Assembly: GCA_050273025.1 (NCBI GenBank)
Contig: CP158636.1
Span: 2,356,001-2,420,000, forward strand
DNA length: 64,000 nt
Direction of reading: 5' to 3'
Source: Cenococcum geophilum
Lineage: Eukaryota
Position numbers and translations under genes: made by a program. This document shows positions 35,376 through 48,491 of this stretch, piece after piece. Below the pieces are notes generated by a model that saw nothing but the letters and a program-made list of their open reading frames with translations, had not been told where the DNA came from and searched no databases. Position 1 is the first letter of the stretch; each line of letters opens with the position of its first letter.

Positions 35376-36018
35376 GGTTGTTATTTTTAGAATTTAATAG
35401 GTTAGGAAGGGTCTAGGTTAGGGTTTAGCTAGCGTTTTAGTAGAACCTTATTTAGATATTCCGAACTTTTAATTTAATTTATTAGTTTAGATTACTAAAA
35501 TCTAAAATTTTGTCACAGGGAGCGCGATTAATAGCCCCTATTAACAGCTCTAACTATATCTAATTTTTAATTTATAAATTGGCAGATTTATAAGTAATAG
35601 TTATTATAAGTAGCTCTAGGTGTAGTATATATAAAATTTTAGCTATAGTATAGAGAAGTCGTGGCTGCTAATATGCGGTCTTAAGTATTTTTAGAGGTTA
35701 CGTAACTTCTTATATAAGCGATATTTCCGCCCTTTAAAAAAATTAAAAAATTCTAAAAATTGATTAACGCTATAGATAGTAGTAATATTAATCCGGCAGT
35801 ACTGCTAATTCTCTTTATATATTATTATATATATATCTAACGGCTCTAAAAGCGGTAAGAAGGTAGGATGGATAGGGGGGTTAAAATTTAGAAAATTGGA
35901 TTTCGCGGTTAAGCTATTTAAAAGTTAGGAAACTAAGATAAATGCTATATTCTCCGCTTACCTTTAAGCTAGTATATAACTTCCTAATTAGGAAAAGTCG
36001 TTTATAAGTAGTTACTAC

Positions 36019-39000
36019 TATAGTGGTGTAGATTAGACATCGCCTACTATCTTGGCATTTTCCTATATTTATAGAGCCTTCGGCTTCCTTCCTTCTTCCC
36101 TCTAATATACATATCACGACCTTACCAGTTACTAGAAATACACTCTTTTCTTTCTTTCTTTTTGACTAATTATAACTAACTAACTGACTGACTAACTGAC
36201 TAACCGACTGACCAACTAACTGACCGACAGACTGATAGACTGACGGCACTGTGACTTTCCTATCTTAGAGAGGTTGTACCCTCCTATATATTTTATGGCA
36301 TTCCACGTGGGGACGACGGCAAGCTCTTTGGATTAGAAGTCTAGTGCTATATATACAGAAGACACATAGGAGACATATAGGAGACATATAGGAACATCCT
36401 ACGACTATAAAAAAACCGCTAGCTGTAGAAGAACGACTAGTTGTAGAAGAACCGCTAGCCAGATAGACGAGACAGTAGAAAAAAACTAGGTAATATTAAA
36501 CAGTAAGGGGAACTAGGCAGTACCGGAAAAAGATAGGACAGCTAGACTTAACGCATAGGCTAAAGAGTGGCAATAAGAAGCAAAAGACTGCAAGTCTGTC
36601 GACCTAAATCGGATGTTTTTGCTACCTTAACTTGGTTACAGGAAGAGAAGGGTCTTGGAAAGTTATATATAAAGACGTCGGGCGAACCAGCGAGCTAATT
36701 AGATAACTTTAACCGGCGGTTGGAGTTACCAAGATCTACTACTAAGCATAGCCAGACCTTTATTGAAGATATAAAGACGACAAGCTAAGGGCTAATTAAT
36801 TAGATGGAAACGAGATCTAAGACATTTAGCGGCGAAGGAAGTTAGTACTGCTATTTATAAATAAAGGAGATAATACCAAGCAAGGTCGTAAGTATATAAG
36901 ATTGGATCTGTCCTTAAAAGCTTCTTATTCTAGCTTAGCTTTATCCTCTTTTGAGTTATCCGGATTATATTAGTAGCAGCTTTAGAGGCATTTTGTGAAG
37001 AAGTAGATATAAGTAAAAGTAAGAGGCTTAGTAGCACCCTACTGCATAGAACGACGACAGGCTAAAATAGATAGATGTACTAAGACCCGGTAGTAGTAGG
37101 TAATGAAGATTCCGTGCTCTCCTAGGAAGACCCCCCCTTAGGCATTAAGAAGTAGGTGCCTTCCGTTAGGGATATGGCTGTATAAGTAGACTAGCCGCAG
37201 TATATACCTATTAAGGTCCCACCAGGATAGCCATCTAGGACACCCTCTGTTAAGACTACGGCCATGCAAGTAGACCTACCATAGTATTTACCCGTGACAC
37301 CTAGGACCAATGACCCTTAGTAGACGAAGGATATAAGCTATAAGGACCACCTATAAGCTCCCAAGGAAGCTTTAGATGCACCACCCTATAACTAACAGTT
37401 AACGGCTTAGGATAGGATCTACGTTGTGACCTAGCCTATGCTAGCCCTAGGGACTATTAGAACTCCGTACTTTATAGGATAAAACGTGTTATAGTTTATT
37501 GAGCAGTACGAACGACTATGCGCCCGATATCACGTTATAAGTAAGGAGAAGCACCAGGGCCTTCCGGAGTACTGTAATTATTGGATAGGGATGTAGATCC
37601 AAAGCCTACCTAAGTTTATAATTGGTAACTAGACGGAGCTTATAAGAAGGCTTAGGACTAAATATTAAGCTAAGGACTACTACCGACGTATGGAGATAAG
37701 AGACTTTATAGAAGCTTATGTTCAAATATCTGCAGAACAACTGGGCGACTTGCGTCACTATATGCAAAATTTTACTAGTATCTTAGCTAAAGCAGTAGCC
37801 GTAGGAAACCTTACTGAGCGAGAGAAGGGGTGGTGGTTTATGCGAGGACTCCCTATTAAATACCGTAGGCATATAATGGAGAAGATAGGGGCCGTAGCAG
37901 ACGAGCCTAGTACCCTTGTATTTAAAAGACTAAAGGAGGCTGTAGAGTTAAAGTTAATGGCTATAGAGGGCGCCAAGTGAATAGAAGTCTTTTTAGAAAA
38001 AGAGCTCCTAAATGTCTAACTGATATAAGAGCTACGGCAGTAAAGAAATAAGCTCGACCGCTAAAGGGAAGGAAGACTTCTTAACCTAGCTAGACTAGGC
38101 GTATACGGAGGAGCTCTAATATAGTAGTAGTCACCTACCGCAGATTAGGCTATAGCTTAAAGCCTAGTATAAGGATATAAGGACTGGCAGAACAGCACCT
38201 AAGCTCCCTTTGTCCTGTAAGATACCCGACCTCCGTAAGACCCTTAACCCCTATAAGGCTCTTAATATCCGTAAGGTTTTTAATATCTATAAGGTTCTTA
38301 ATATCCGCAGGACTGTCAATATCCGTAAGATTCTACTGCCTTTAGACGGCCGTAGTGGGACGTATAGGGTCAGCAAGGTACACGAAGACAAGACTAGTAG
38401 ACCTGTTTTGGATGCAGAGGTCACCATTTTACTAAATTTGAATGCTAAGGCCTAAAGGATCTCGTTTAGTAAGGATTTATACATTTGTCCAATTAAGGAA
38501 GACTAGTAGCTAGGACACGCGATTAACCTGGACTAGAACTCCCGCGGCTTGGCAATAAAGAACAGCTAAAGGGTATTAAGAACTGGCTACGTATATATTA
38601 AGGAACTAACCTAGATAGGCTAAGGAAAGAACAGACGCAGTAACCGGCTTTCCATGACGGAGTAGTACTAAAGAATAGTGATAAAATGCGTACGAACTGG
38701 GAGGACTGCTATTAAGTACGGCCCACAGACTCAGTAGTAACGCCCAGCCAGTAACGTCCGCAGACTCGCCCGACCCTTAGAGACAGCCGTACGGCCAGGA
38801 CAATTGTTAAGCCGCAGGCTCCGCAGCAGGCTCTGCAGCAGGCTCCGCAATAGGTACTACAGGCTCCGCCGCAGAAGAATGTATGATCAGGAGATTCCAT
38901 CCAGATTAGGTTATGGCCTGCGGATAAGACGGCTAAAGCTTAGAAGAAGAATAAATCGTTTAACCCTTAGAGACGGTCTTAGAGACGGACGCTTAACTAG

Positions 39001-42000
39001 GTCAGCCATTAACCTATAGGCTCCGCAGTAGGTGTAGGATATTTAACTAAGGGACAGTCAAGTTCTAAGGTGGGGGAGAGGGTGCAGGTAATAGCCGTAT
39101 AAAAAGATTTCTATTTATCTACTTAATTACTATATTTCCTAAAGCTCCTTTTCTTATTTATTTTCTTAATTATAACGCATTAAGACGCGTTAATCGCGAC
39201 GACCTGCTATAGAGATATTAGTTTAGCTCACCGCCTATTACCAAGCCAATAGCGATTTTCTATCCTGGGGATGGAAAATCCTAATTGGTCTAATCAGTAA
39301 TAGAGCCGGCAGAACTCTATACTGCCCCTAGAACTCAATAATACAGCTGCACGATAAGAACGGATACTAAAAGCCTTAATTAATTGCACAAATATAGAGC
39401 CGATTATACGACGTAGAGCTATATATAGGGCCTTAATTAAATAACTACACGGAAGCCTTGGTTAAATGATTGACTATATAGGGGCCATGACTAGTTAAGG
39501 AATTGAATTAAGCAGAGCCTTGATATTAGCACGTCGCCGTTACTAAATTAAATCAGTTAAATGTTGTTAAATTAGAGCCTTTGACCGGGCCGACCTTATT
39601 CCTTAATCAAACGACGACTAATCGCAGCACGACTGTCACTACTATCTGAATTCAGTATTGCGCTAGCTGCACGACGAGAACAGATACTATAGTAAGGAGG
39701 GGACCTATATAAGGGCAGTAGCATAATATTAGAAAATAAGCACCGCGGAAACGGTAAAGTAGTATATAAAGAGGCACTATAAGATAAAAGAAGACAAGGA
39801 TGCTCTATAAGAGATTATATATAGGGCACAGCTAACTACCTTAGGCCTAAGCTATCCTTATACAACTAAAGACAGGACCAAGCTGTGTCTGGCTAAGCTA
39901 GTAAAGGACTTTATTAAGGATTACAAGGGGAGCAGGCATTAGATATACAGAAGCTAGCACTTCTTAGGGATCGTCTTAATAAAAGGACTATATTATAGAT
40001 ATAAGGGCAAGGGATATGCGACGGAGGTAGTTATAATAACTAAAAAGCTATTACTAGATAGCTTTGAAGATACTAAGGACGACTTAAATAAAGCGTAGAG
40101 CCAGTAGAACAATAATAAAGAGACTAAAAGCAGAAGATAACCCTAAGAAGGTTCTTAAGCTAGAAGAAGATTAAGGATATATAAGCGTATAGCTAGTAGT
40201 AAGGGCAAAGAAGCAGCTATAAAGGACATTCTAGAAAAGCACCAGGCCTACGAAAATGGTCTACTAGAAGCTGCCGCTTATGCTTATAAGGAAGTCTTAA
40301 AATAGGTCTCTAAATTAGACGTCTAGTAGACACTAAGAGCTTTAACTAACTACGGATGCAGAGCTCTAATTGATTAACTATATAGATGCAAAGCTTTGAT
40401 AGAACGACTATACAGCTAAAGTCTTAATTAATTGTCCGCAGATATAGAGCCTACGGATGTAGAACCTAGGTCATATATGTAGTAGAAGATACCTTAAGTT
40501 AAGCCAGAGCCTTAGTTAAATCCTAATTAGTTAAACGCTGCCTATATAAGCTAAGTTATTAAATTAAAGCCTTTAGTCGGGCCGACCTAATACCCTATTT
40601 AAACGTTAGGCAATTATACGGTTATAGTTAAATTGAATTAGTTACCCATTGCCGTTAGACGTCTTCAATTAGCAGTTAAAGATCCTATAATGGCAGACAC
40701 GCAGGTATATAGGCACTAGGCCTAATTAGGAGATTAGTATATAGCCAGAAGAACGTTTTGGAGCCTCTGTAAGAGTCTCTTCCCTTAATTGCCTACCCTT
40801 TTATTAATTAATCGCCCGTCCTAACGCCTATAGATTGGTTAACTAGAACGATCTTTTTTATAGATATAGATATAGAGCCTTATACGGAGTCTTATACGGA
40901 GTCGTATATAGAGTCTATGGATATAGAGTATATAGGTATAGAGCCCTGATTAGACAATAATATAGCAGCTTAACTAGACGCCTATATAGGAGAAGCCTTA
41001 ATTAAACGGTAGATGCGGAGCCTTAACCGACCGTATATCTATACGGAAGTTTTAATTAATTATCTATAGGTGTAAAGCCTTAGCCGTATATATAGTAGAA
41101 GACACCTTAAGTTAAGCCAGGGCCTTACTAAATCTTAATTAGCTAAACGCCGTCTCCGTATTTAAATTAGGATAGTTAGAGCCTTTAACCGGGCCGACTT
41201 TCTACCTTAATTAAATAACTGAACGATTAGTTACAGCACGTCGTCGCCGACCGATTAGATAGTCTTTGGCTAGCAGTTAAAGCAGGCACATAGACCTATA
41301 TATAGACACGGACGCAGAATATGTAATGTAGAGTTACTAATGCATAGCTAGATGTGTAGCTAGACGTATAGCTAGATATATAGCTAGATGTAGGGCCTGA
41401 TATAAAGCCACGGGCGGAGCCTTAACTAAGAAGCTACGTACAATGCAGACCGATGCAGTGCTAGATACAGAGTCTTAATATTAAATAGCCAACTAAACAA
41501 TTAGATTAAGCCAGAATCTCTACTATCTTAATTAACTACCCTACCGCCACCGCTGCTGCTGTCACTATTCCGTTCAGCTATTTCGTCCTTACTGTCTTAA
41601 CCAACTGCTCTGTCTCTACTGTTCTAGATCTATGTCGTTACTAGATCTATTTTACTGCTAGGTCTGCTAAATCTTTTATGCCGTCTAACTGTTCCGACCG
41701 ACCTGCTCTAGGCCTAATGCTATTTTAACTATTCTACTGCTGCTCTCCCGACCGCTATACCCTACCGTTTTGATCGCCCCGCCGCCGCCCGACTAGCTGC
41801 CTCTGACCGACTGCTACCAACCGTTCTGTTATTGACTGTTCTGTTACTGCTGCTACTGCTACTACTGTATTAACCGACTGCTGCTGACTGACTGCCATCG
41901 ACCGTCTGCCGCTACTGAGATTTCTGCTACCAAAAGTTCTGCTGCCGGATGTCCTACTACTTACTAACTGTTAGCGAGTTCTACCACCAACTGTTCTATC

Positions 42001-42588
42001 TTATTTTGCCGCGCTAACTGTCTGCTTTTATTACTGTTTATGCCACTATTACTATTACTGCCGCTACTGCTGTTACTACTGCCGTTATTATTTTTAGTTT
42101 ACTGCTGTTCTAGTTGCTATTAATAGGAAGATTGGATTTTAGCTATAGGTAACGGAAGGACACCGTAGAGCAGTTCTATAAAAGGGCTAAGGATATAGTT
42201 ACCTGCGTTCGTTTAGGGATATGCTTTCCTTTGTCTATTCTGCTTTTACTATACTCTCGTTTTGCTATTCTTCTATATTATAGAACGTTAGGGGACAACG
42301 TTCTTAATAGGGGAGGTATGTGGTGGTATAGATTGGACGTCGCCTACTGTTTTGGCATTTTCCTATATTTATAGAGCCTTCGGCTTCCTTTCTTCTTCCC
42401 TTTAATATATATATTACGACCTTACCAGTTACCAGAAATACACTCTTTTCTTTCTTTCTTTCTGACTGATTATGACTGACTAACTGACTAACTGACTGAC
42501 TGACCAACCGACCGACCGACCGACCGACAGACTGACAGACTGACGGCACTGTGACTTTCCTATCTTAGAGAGGTCGTACCCTCCCACA
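36019..42588 (+). mobile_element. LTR element E with gag but no recognisable pol (non-autonomous)
   Basis: 270-bp LTRs at 36019-36288 and 42319-42588, each with an (ACTG/ACCG)n tract. 4-bp TSD CTAC. PPT 'aataggggaggta'. gag motifs TPYF.G.NV..FIEQYERLC (~37460) and TCFGCRGHHFTKFEC (~38401). No RT/RH/IN motifs seen. Confidence 0.85.
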
Positions 42589-45500
42589 CTACTACCTCTA
42601 TGTAAAATCTTCTTATTATACCTCTTTAGTCTTACTTATAGATGACTAAAATTATTTTATATTAAACCTATATTTAAATATAAGCCCTAAAAGCTTCTTA
42701 ACTCGTAAGATTGCTATATAGGTTAGCCTAGCTGTTTTATTCTTTTTCTTAACATCTAAAACTACCCGGTTAAGTATTAGGCCCTAGCTTTTATATACGG
42801 TAAGAGTAAAAGCTAGAGTAATTAGAAATTAACGCCGTAAGTAAAAGCCTCTTATACCCTCCTATTTATAAAGTATAGAAAATATAAGAACAACTTTCTT
42901 ACTATCTTGCTAAGTAAATAGGGTAAGTCCGTTATACCTATTTACCGTAATTAATAGTAACTAAGGCTAATTCTTTTTAATATCCGCGTGTCCCTTCTAT
43001 ACAATATCTTTAATTATACTAGTAGTACCGTTTACTAAGCCTAGTTCAATCCAGATATTCTATATTAGTATTACTTTCGCGCCAATATATAGGACTAGAT
43101 TCTTTATAGTATCGCACTAATTAGGAGTGACTTTCTGTATACCTATACCAGTGTTAACTAACTTAATAGCTACTACTAGCTATAAAAGGTTGCGAAGTTA
43201 AGTAGTGTTATACTTACCTATAGTAGCGCGTGTGCTATATAGCCGAATTATATTATTAAAGCCCGCAACTTTATTAGTGGATAGGCCCTGCTTATACCTA
43301 GTTAAAAGAAGCTTCTAGGTTAATTTACTTATAGAATTACTATATAGCTTTATAAGGGTAGTCCTAAATATAGAGCTCCTAGCGTTATTACCGCCCTATT
43401 ATATAATTTAATCCAAAATAGTAGTTTGGCTAATTACCTTATAGGCTTCTTTTTTGTAGCTAGCAAGCTCTAACGGCCTAGCGGGTAGATTGCTATATAA
43501 GGCCGCCTAATTTATAGGGGGAAGCTAATGGAAATTGCCTACTAGTAAAATATTTAAGCCTTTAAAGTAGTTATTATTACGCATAAGGTAGATCTAATAG
43601 AGGCAGTAATTAATTTAGGCCAGATATACTTACCTAATTATAGATTTCTCGTTAAGAATAAGATAGTAAATATTCTTAAAAGCCTATTATAGAGGCGTAA
43701 GACTAGTAGTAGGTAAGTTCTTAAATAGGCGATTTACTGGCAACCTTAATAGATTGTATATAGTTCTGCCGTTAATATTAAAGGCAGCTACCCTAGTAGG
43801 GGCCGCTTAAGCTAATAGTATTAGCTTACTATTAGCCCTTACTATATTATAGAGCGTAGTAAAGAGGATAGTAATAAGATATAATTTACTAGTTCCTGCC
43901 TCTCCATTAACGTTAATCCGCAGTAGGAAGGGGCCAACGCCCACTTAGATCTGCCTATAGTAATTAACTATAACGTTATAGATATAACGCTAACCTAGTT
44001 ATAAGGAGGACGGAGTTGCTATTTAGAATAGGCGGCTCTACGGTAAAGGCTATAGCTATACTTCCTGCTAATAAGTCCTCTTATTAAGCTGCGGGTACGT
44101 ACCCTAATACGTACTCTAGTCGTAGTTATAATTAAGCTCCCTATTACCAAGCCTATTAGGATCCTTAATTTTAACTCTATTAGTATTTTAAACGTAGGCA
44201 TATAGGGCCTTAAAGGACTAGTATAGCTCTAAGTCGTCTGCGAAATCGCCCTTAAACTTATTAATATTATTAGTAGTTTCGCGACCTTCCTCTAGTTTCT
44301 AATTATAAAAGTAGTTAAGTGGGTGCTAATAAGAGTTAACGCAAGCCTAATAGGAAGCTATATAATTAGGGGCCCTAAATCCATTAGTATAAGTAGCCAT
44401 ATCCTTATACTCCCTCTATAAATAATAAAGAATGAGCTTTATATAGTAGAACTTAGGATATTATAGATAAGAAGGATCGCCTTTATATTATGGAAAGTAC
44501 GATATAACTTAAGGCCTTACTCTTAGTTAACGCTTATAAGTAGAGTAATTAAAATAGAGTAGAAAATTAAGGAAAGTAACGTCCTTTACCCCATCTAGGC
44601 GGCGCTTATATTTCTTATAGTTAGATAGTTTATACCCTCTTAGTTGCCTATTCTTAAGCTTATATATAGCGCTTTAATTATCCTCCTAGTAGTAGTCTAA
44701 AGTTACTATATTCCTTAAGCCTTTAGAAAGGGGAATATTAAGAAGTAGATAGTATATCTCCTACGCCAACTAATCGCGTTTAGTAATAAGCTTATTTATA
44801 AACTTAGCTATTACTAAACTAAAGGCATAAAGACTGTTGGCGTGCGGCTATACTAATTAAAGTAACTCCTAATAGGAAGTTAACTTCTTCTCTTCCTTGC
44901 TGCAATATTTGCCTATATAGTTAACTATTACTAATATGCTTATAGCGGACGATGTATTAATATTTGCCATCCACGCTAGTATTATAGCTGCATTATAGCC
45001 ATTAAGAAGCTTATTATTACGCTGTAGATAAAATGTCTAGTAATATAGATTTTAATCCTTTAATATAGCGGCCTTATTGCGGAGAGAGTATAGAAAGTAG
45101 AAGTGGCACTTCTTTACCCTAGCGGAGCCTTTCTTTAATCTTAAGCAGTAAGATTTAGTATAATTACAGTGCCGTTAAAATCGATTAAGGTAGGTAGTAA
45201 GAAGCTTACTAGTATTAAGGTGTTCTTTATAGCTAAAAGTAGAAGGATATTAAAGATCGGAAGGCCTAAATTGATTAGGATTTATTACGGATATAAAAGC
45301 AGCCTAGTGCTTAGCAAAAGCTGCCCTTAATTTACTAGTTAACGGATCTAGCTTTGGGGCTATTAAACTCTATAAGAAGCTATATATATAGCCGCTACTT
45401 TATATCTACTACTTATATTAGGACTAAAAGTTAGTGCTATTAAATAGACCTATAAGCATGTGCTTTCTAAATAGATTAAAGCGGTAATATAGCTAGTAAG

Positions 45501-46994
45501 CAGCAATATATGGATTATTATTAAGATTCTAAGAAGCAATCTAGTAGCGTTAAGCCTTATTAGTAGCCTTATATTCGTTAAATAGAGGTATATAAGAGTA
45601 TAGATTATGCTAATATAGATTAATAGCGCTAAGTGTAAAGAATAGAGACCCGCTCTTAATATTTTTAGTATAAGCCGTAAGCTTATTCCTCTTTTGCTTC
45701 TAGTAGGGCCTAATACCCTTAAGCTTCCGTATATACTATACAATCTTATTTAAAACCTGGTTGCCCCCACTACTATTTATAAGATTATTAAGCTCATCTA
45801 AAGATAGACTATTCTTATTTAATTGGCCGTAAAGGAAGTAGGTAGCGTTAAGGGCTTGCTCTCTTATAATCTAATTAAATACATAGTAGTGAAATAAGGG
45901 GTAGCGGCTAAACCGACTGTCCTAATACTTTAGCATATGCTTAGTGTACGTAGCTAGGGTAACTGTACGGCTTTATAGCATATTAAAGTCGGCTTTACTA
46001 TAAGGAAACAGAGTAGGAAAGGTGCCGCATATAATAAAACTAGCTAATTACTTAGAAAGAGGTGTTTACCGCATAGTAGGAACCTCTAGGCCCGCTTATA
46101 GGCCTTATTATTATTAAACCTCGCGACTTAAAAGCTCCAATTTATTAAGGTTAGGCACTAGATTAGGAACCAAAGTATTTAATATATTGTTATTAAATTC
46201 GCCATCTAGTATATTACTACTAGGCTTAATAGGTAGAGGATTAATAATAGGAGGACGTTGCATAGGAGTAGAATTGCCCGTAAAAGCTAACGCAGCCTAT
46301 AATCTAGGAGTAAGCTAAGCTATTAGGCCACTAGAATCTAATTCCGGCTTATTAATATAAGGTAGCCAATCTAATATAGAGCTATTTTTAGGTAAGCTGG
46401 CAAGCCGGGTGCTATATATTTTAATATCGCAATAATTAGGATAATTAACCTTTAGAAAGTAAAGCCATAGTAATATAGTAGAGCACCTTATAGTATACCG
46501 TTTAGTAAACCGCCGGCTTAGGTATTTGCCACTATCTACTGCCGTAGGCCTCATAACCAGTATATCGAGTTTAGTAGGTAGCCGTAGTAGCTGCCTTTAA
46601 GTCTTTAGTATATTTTGGCCAAAGTAGCAGACGTAGCTAGTATAGCGATGTTGCTGGCCGCGTATACGCATGACTTGCAGATAAACGTATACGCGCGCAA
46701 TTAGAAGCTCCTCTACTATGGTAAGTATAGGTAGGAAGCTAGGAATAGGCCCTGGATTAAGCCCGTTACTTTTACCAAATAGGGGGGAAAGGGTTAGATT
46801 CTTAAGACTATTGGCGTCCTTAATGCAGGCTTTATATACACCTATATTATTACCCTCTATAGCTAGGCCTATTTAGAACTACTACTCCTTATAATAACTG
46901 CACGTCTCTACACATTTAGCCTGTAGTATACTCCTAAATTTCTTAATTCGCTCCCAATTAACAGCCGAAACGGGTAGTAGTGTAGCCGTAGTTG

Positions 46995-47086
46995 GAGCTT
47001 ATTAAGAGGGAGCTTGCCGCGAGGGAGCTTGCTAAGAGGGAGCTTACTACTAAGAGGGAGCTTACCGCGAGGGAGCTTGCCGCAAG
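46995..47086. repeat. 15-bp tandem repeat (GAGGGAGCTTGCCGC)n within the Helitron ORF N-terminus
   Basis: About 6 units; reads QAPS[R/Q] on the minus strand. Confidence 0.8.
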
Positions 47087-47836
47087 GAAGGTGGTATTGG
47101 CGGTAGAGTAGGTATTAGCGGTAAAGTAGGCATAGGAGCTAGTTGCGGCAAGAACGCATTTAGGTTATTTAGAGTGCCTCTCCTACTATATAGAGCTTTA
47201 TCTATGGTATATAGTGGAGGAGTAAGCGAGTGAGCTTTACCCCGCCGATTAAGAATACGGTGCTCTTATTATATTGCCCTAATTCTCTTCCGCTGTTAAG
47301 CTATTTTAGGGGTATCTTAACTATTCTAGCCGCGAGGTAAGAAGACGTCCTTAGTATCGGTTTTAGGTAAAGTATTTTGCTAGCGCTTTATAGGACGAGT
47401 CTTAGTAGAACCAAGCTCTGCTTTCCGCCTATTTAAACTATATTTAGAGCCCTAGAAAAGTAAGTAAAAGTAGAAGTAATATATAGGAAAAACGCGCCTT
47501 TAACCGACACAATTAATATTACTTTAAAAGCTTAGTAAATAGGCCGTTTTTAATAAAATTAATATAGGGTTGTATTAAACAGTACTTGCTGCACTTAATT
47601 AAAGCAGGTTCTACTATAGGTAAGATATATATAGTAGTATTGATAGAGATATTAACAAAGAGGTTGATTTTTTGATAGTAAGATCTTAAATATTTTAATA
47701 TTTGTCACGTGTATTCTGTAGGTAGATACCGCCCGCGACTTTTTCTCTAACCAACTAGAAGCTAGCTTGGCAGGTTTTTCTAACCAATCAAAAGCTGGCT
47801 TGGCGGGAGTTTGAAAATTCGAATACCTACACCTAA

Positions 47837-48194
47837 AAGCACAGACCACTCGTACCTCGGGTCAATAATAGTGTTTAACAAGGACGTCCATGGTATAATG
47901 AGACCGTATGATCTTAGCAACGACCAGGATATCGACGAGTTGGCATCATTACGCCAACGCAACTTTCATTGCTATTCCATGTTCCACCCGGACCGCGTAT
48001 GCTTCATGATAGCCATCGCATTTGCATTCGGAGCTTGCCATCTTATCCCGTTAGAGTACTACGTTATCGATAAAGATGTGGACCGTGCATATAACACCAA
48101 AGGGTGGCCGGGTTCTAGGGGTCCGAGCTTATCGATATTTGCTAAATTTCTACTCCTTGTGGCCCTTGTCTTCAGAACGCTAGCAACAAAATGA
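47837..48194 (+). pseudogene. Probable 3' part of the membrane-protein gene begun at 31015
   Basis: Hydrophobic segments IAIAFAFGACHLI and IFAKFLLLVALVFRTL. Joins in frame to 31208 through a shared TAA. Confidence 0.5.
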
Positions 48195-48491
48195 TTCCCC
48201 TAATTTTATTTTAATGACGGGTACGTGTTCAATTTGCATTCTGGCGTTTGATTTTGAAGCATCTCAGTTCATGAGGGGAAGCGGCGGAGTTTCGACGATA
48301 AATCCAGTAATGATTCTTCCTTGCATCATGCAGCAGTCTGATTTTAACCTTTTCTCACTTCTTCTCTATCCGAGCTGTATTTTCATGACCCTGGATGAGT
48401 CAACTGAATCCTTGTATGCCAGATGTACGAAACATCTATTATACACTACTATATAGTTCAACATATGACCAACTTATCCTTAAGCATTATG

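Larger units (their letters stand above)
35940..47450 (-). mobile_element. Helitron-type Rep/PIF1 helicase element, RIP-inactivated, interrupted by element E
   Basis: Minus strand: LP.LT.VEELLIARV..YLQVMRIRGQQ (~46650-46735); de-RIPed HUH motif YEWQ.R.SGH.HGF.W (~45390); YIGKYCSKEEK (~44900); Walker A GEAGT(G)KS (~43895); AAPT.VAA; DEKS; GDFHQLPP; TVHKSQGLTL (~42790). Termini not resolved. Confidence 0.9.
1..47700. other. RIP-mutated, AT-rich nested transposon block (probable heterochromatin)
   Basis: Strong TpA excess and CpA/TpG depletion. TE motifs become readable only after reverting TAG>TGG/CAG, TAA>CAA, TAT>TGT/CAT. Composition returns abruptly to normal near 47.7-47.8 kb. Confidence 0.95.

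Noticed and set aside
38216..38483. Apparent TG...CA insertion flanked by tttgtcc repeats
   Set aside because: The segment reads through as gag (PQ-rich repeats and the Cys/His knuckle), so the flanking match is coincidental.
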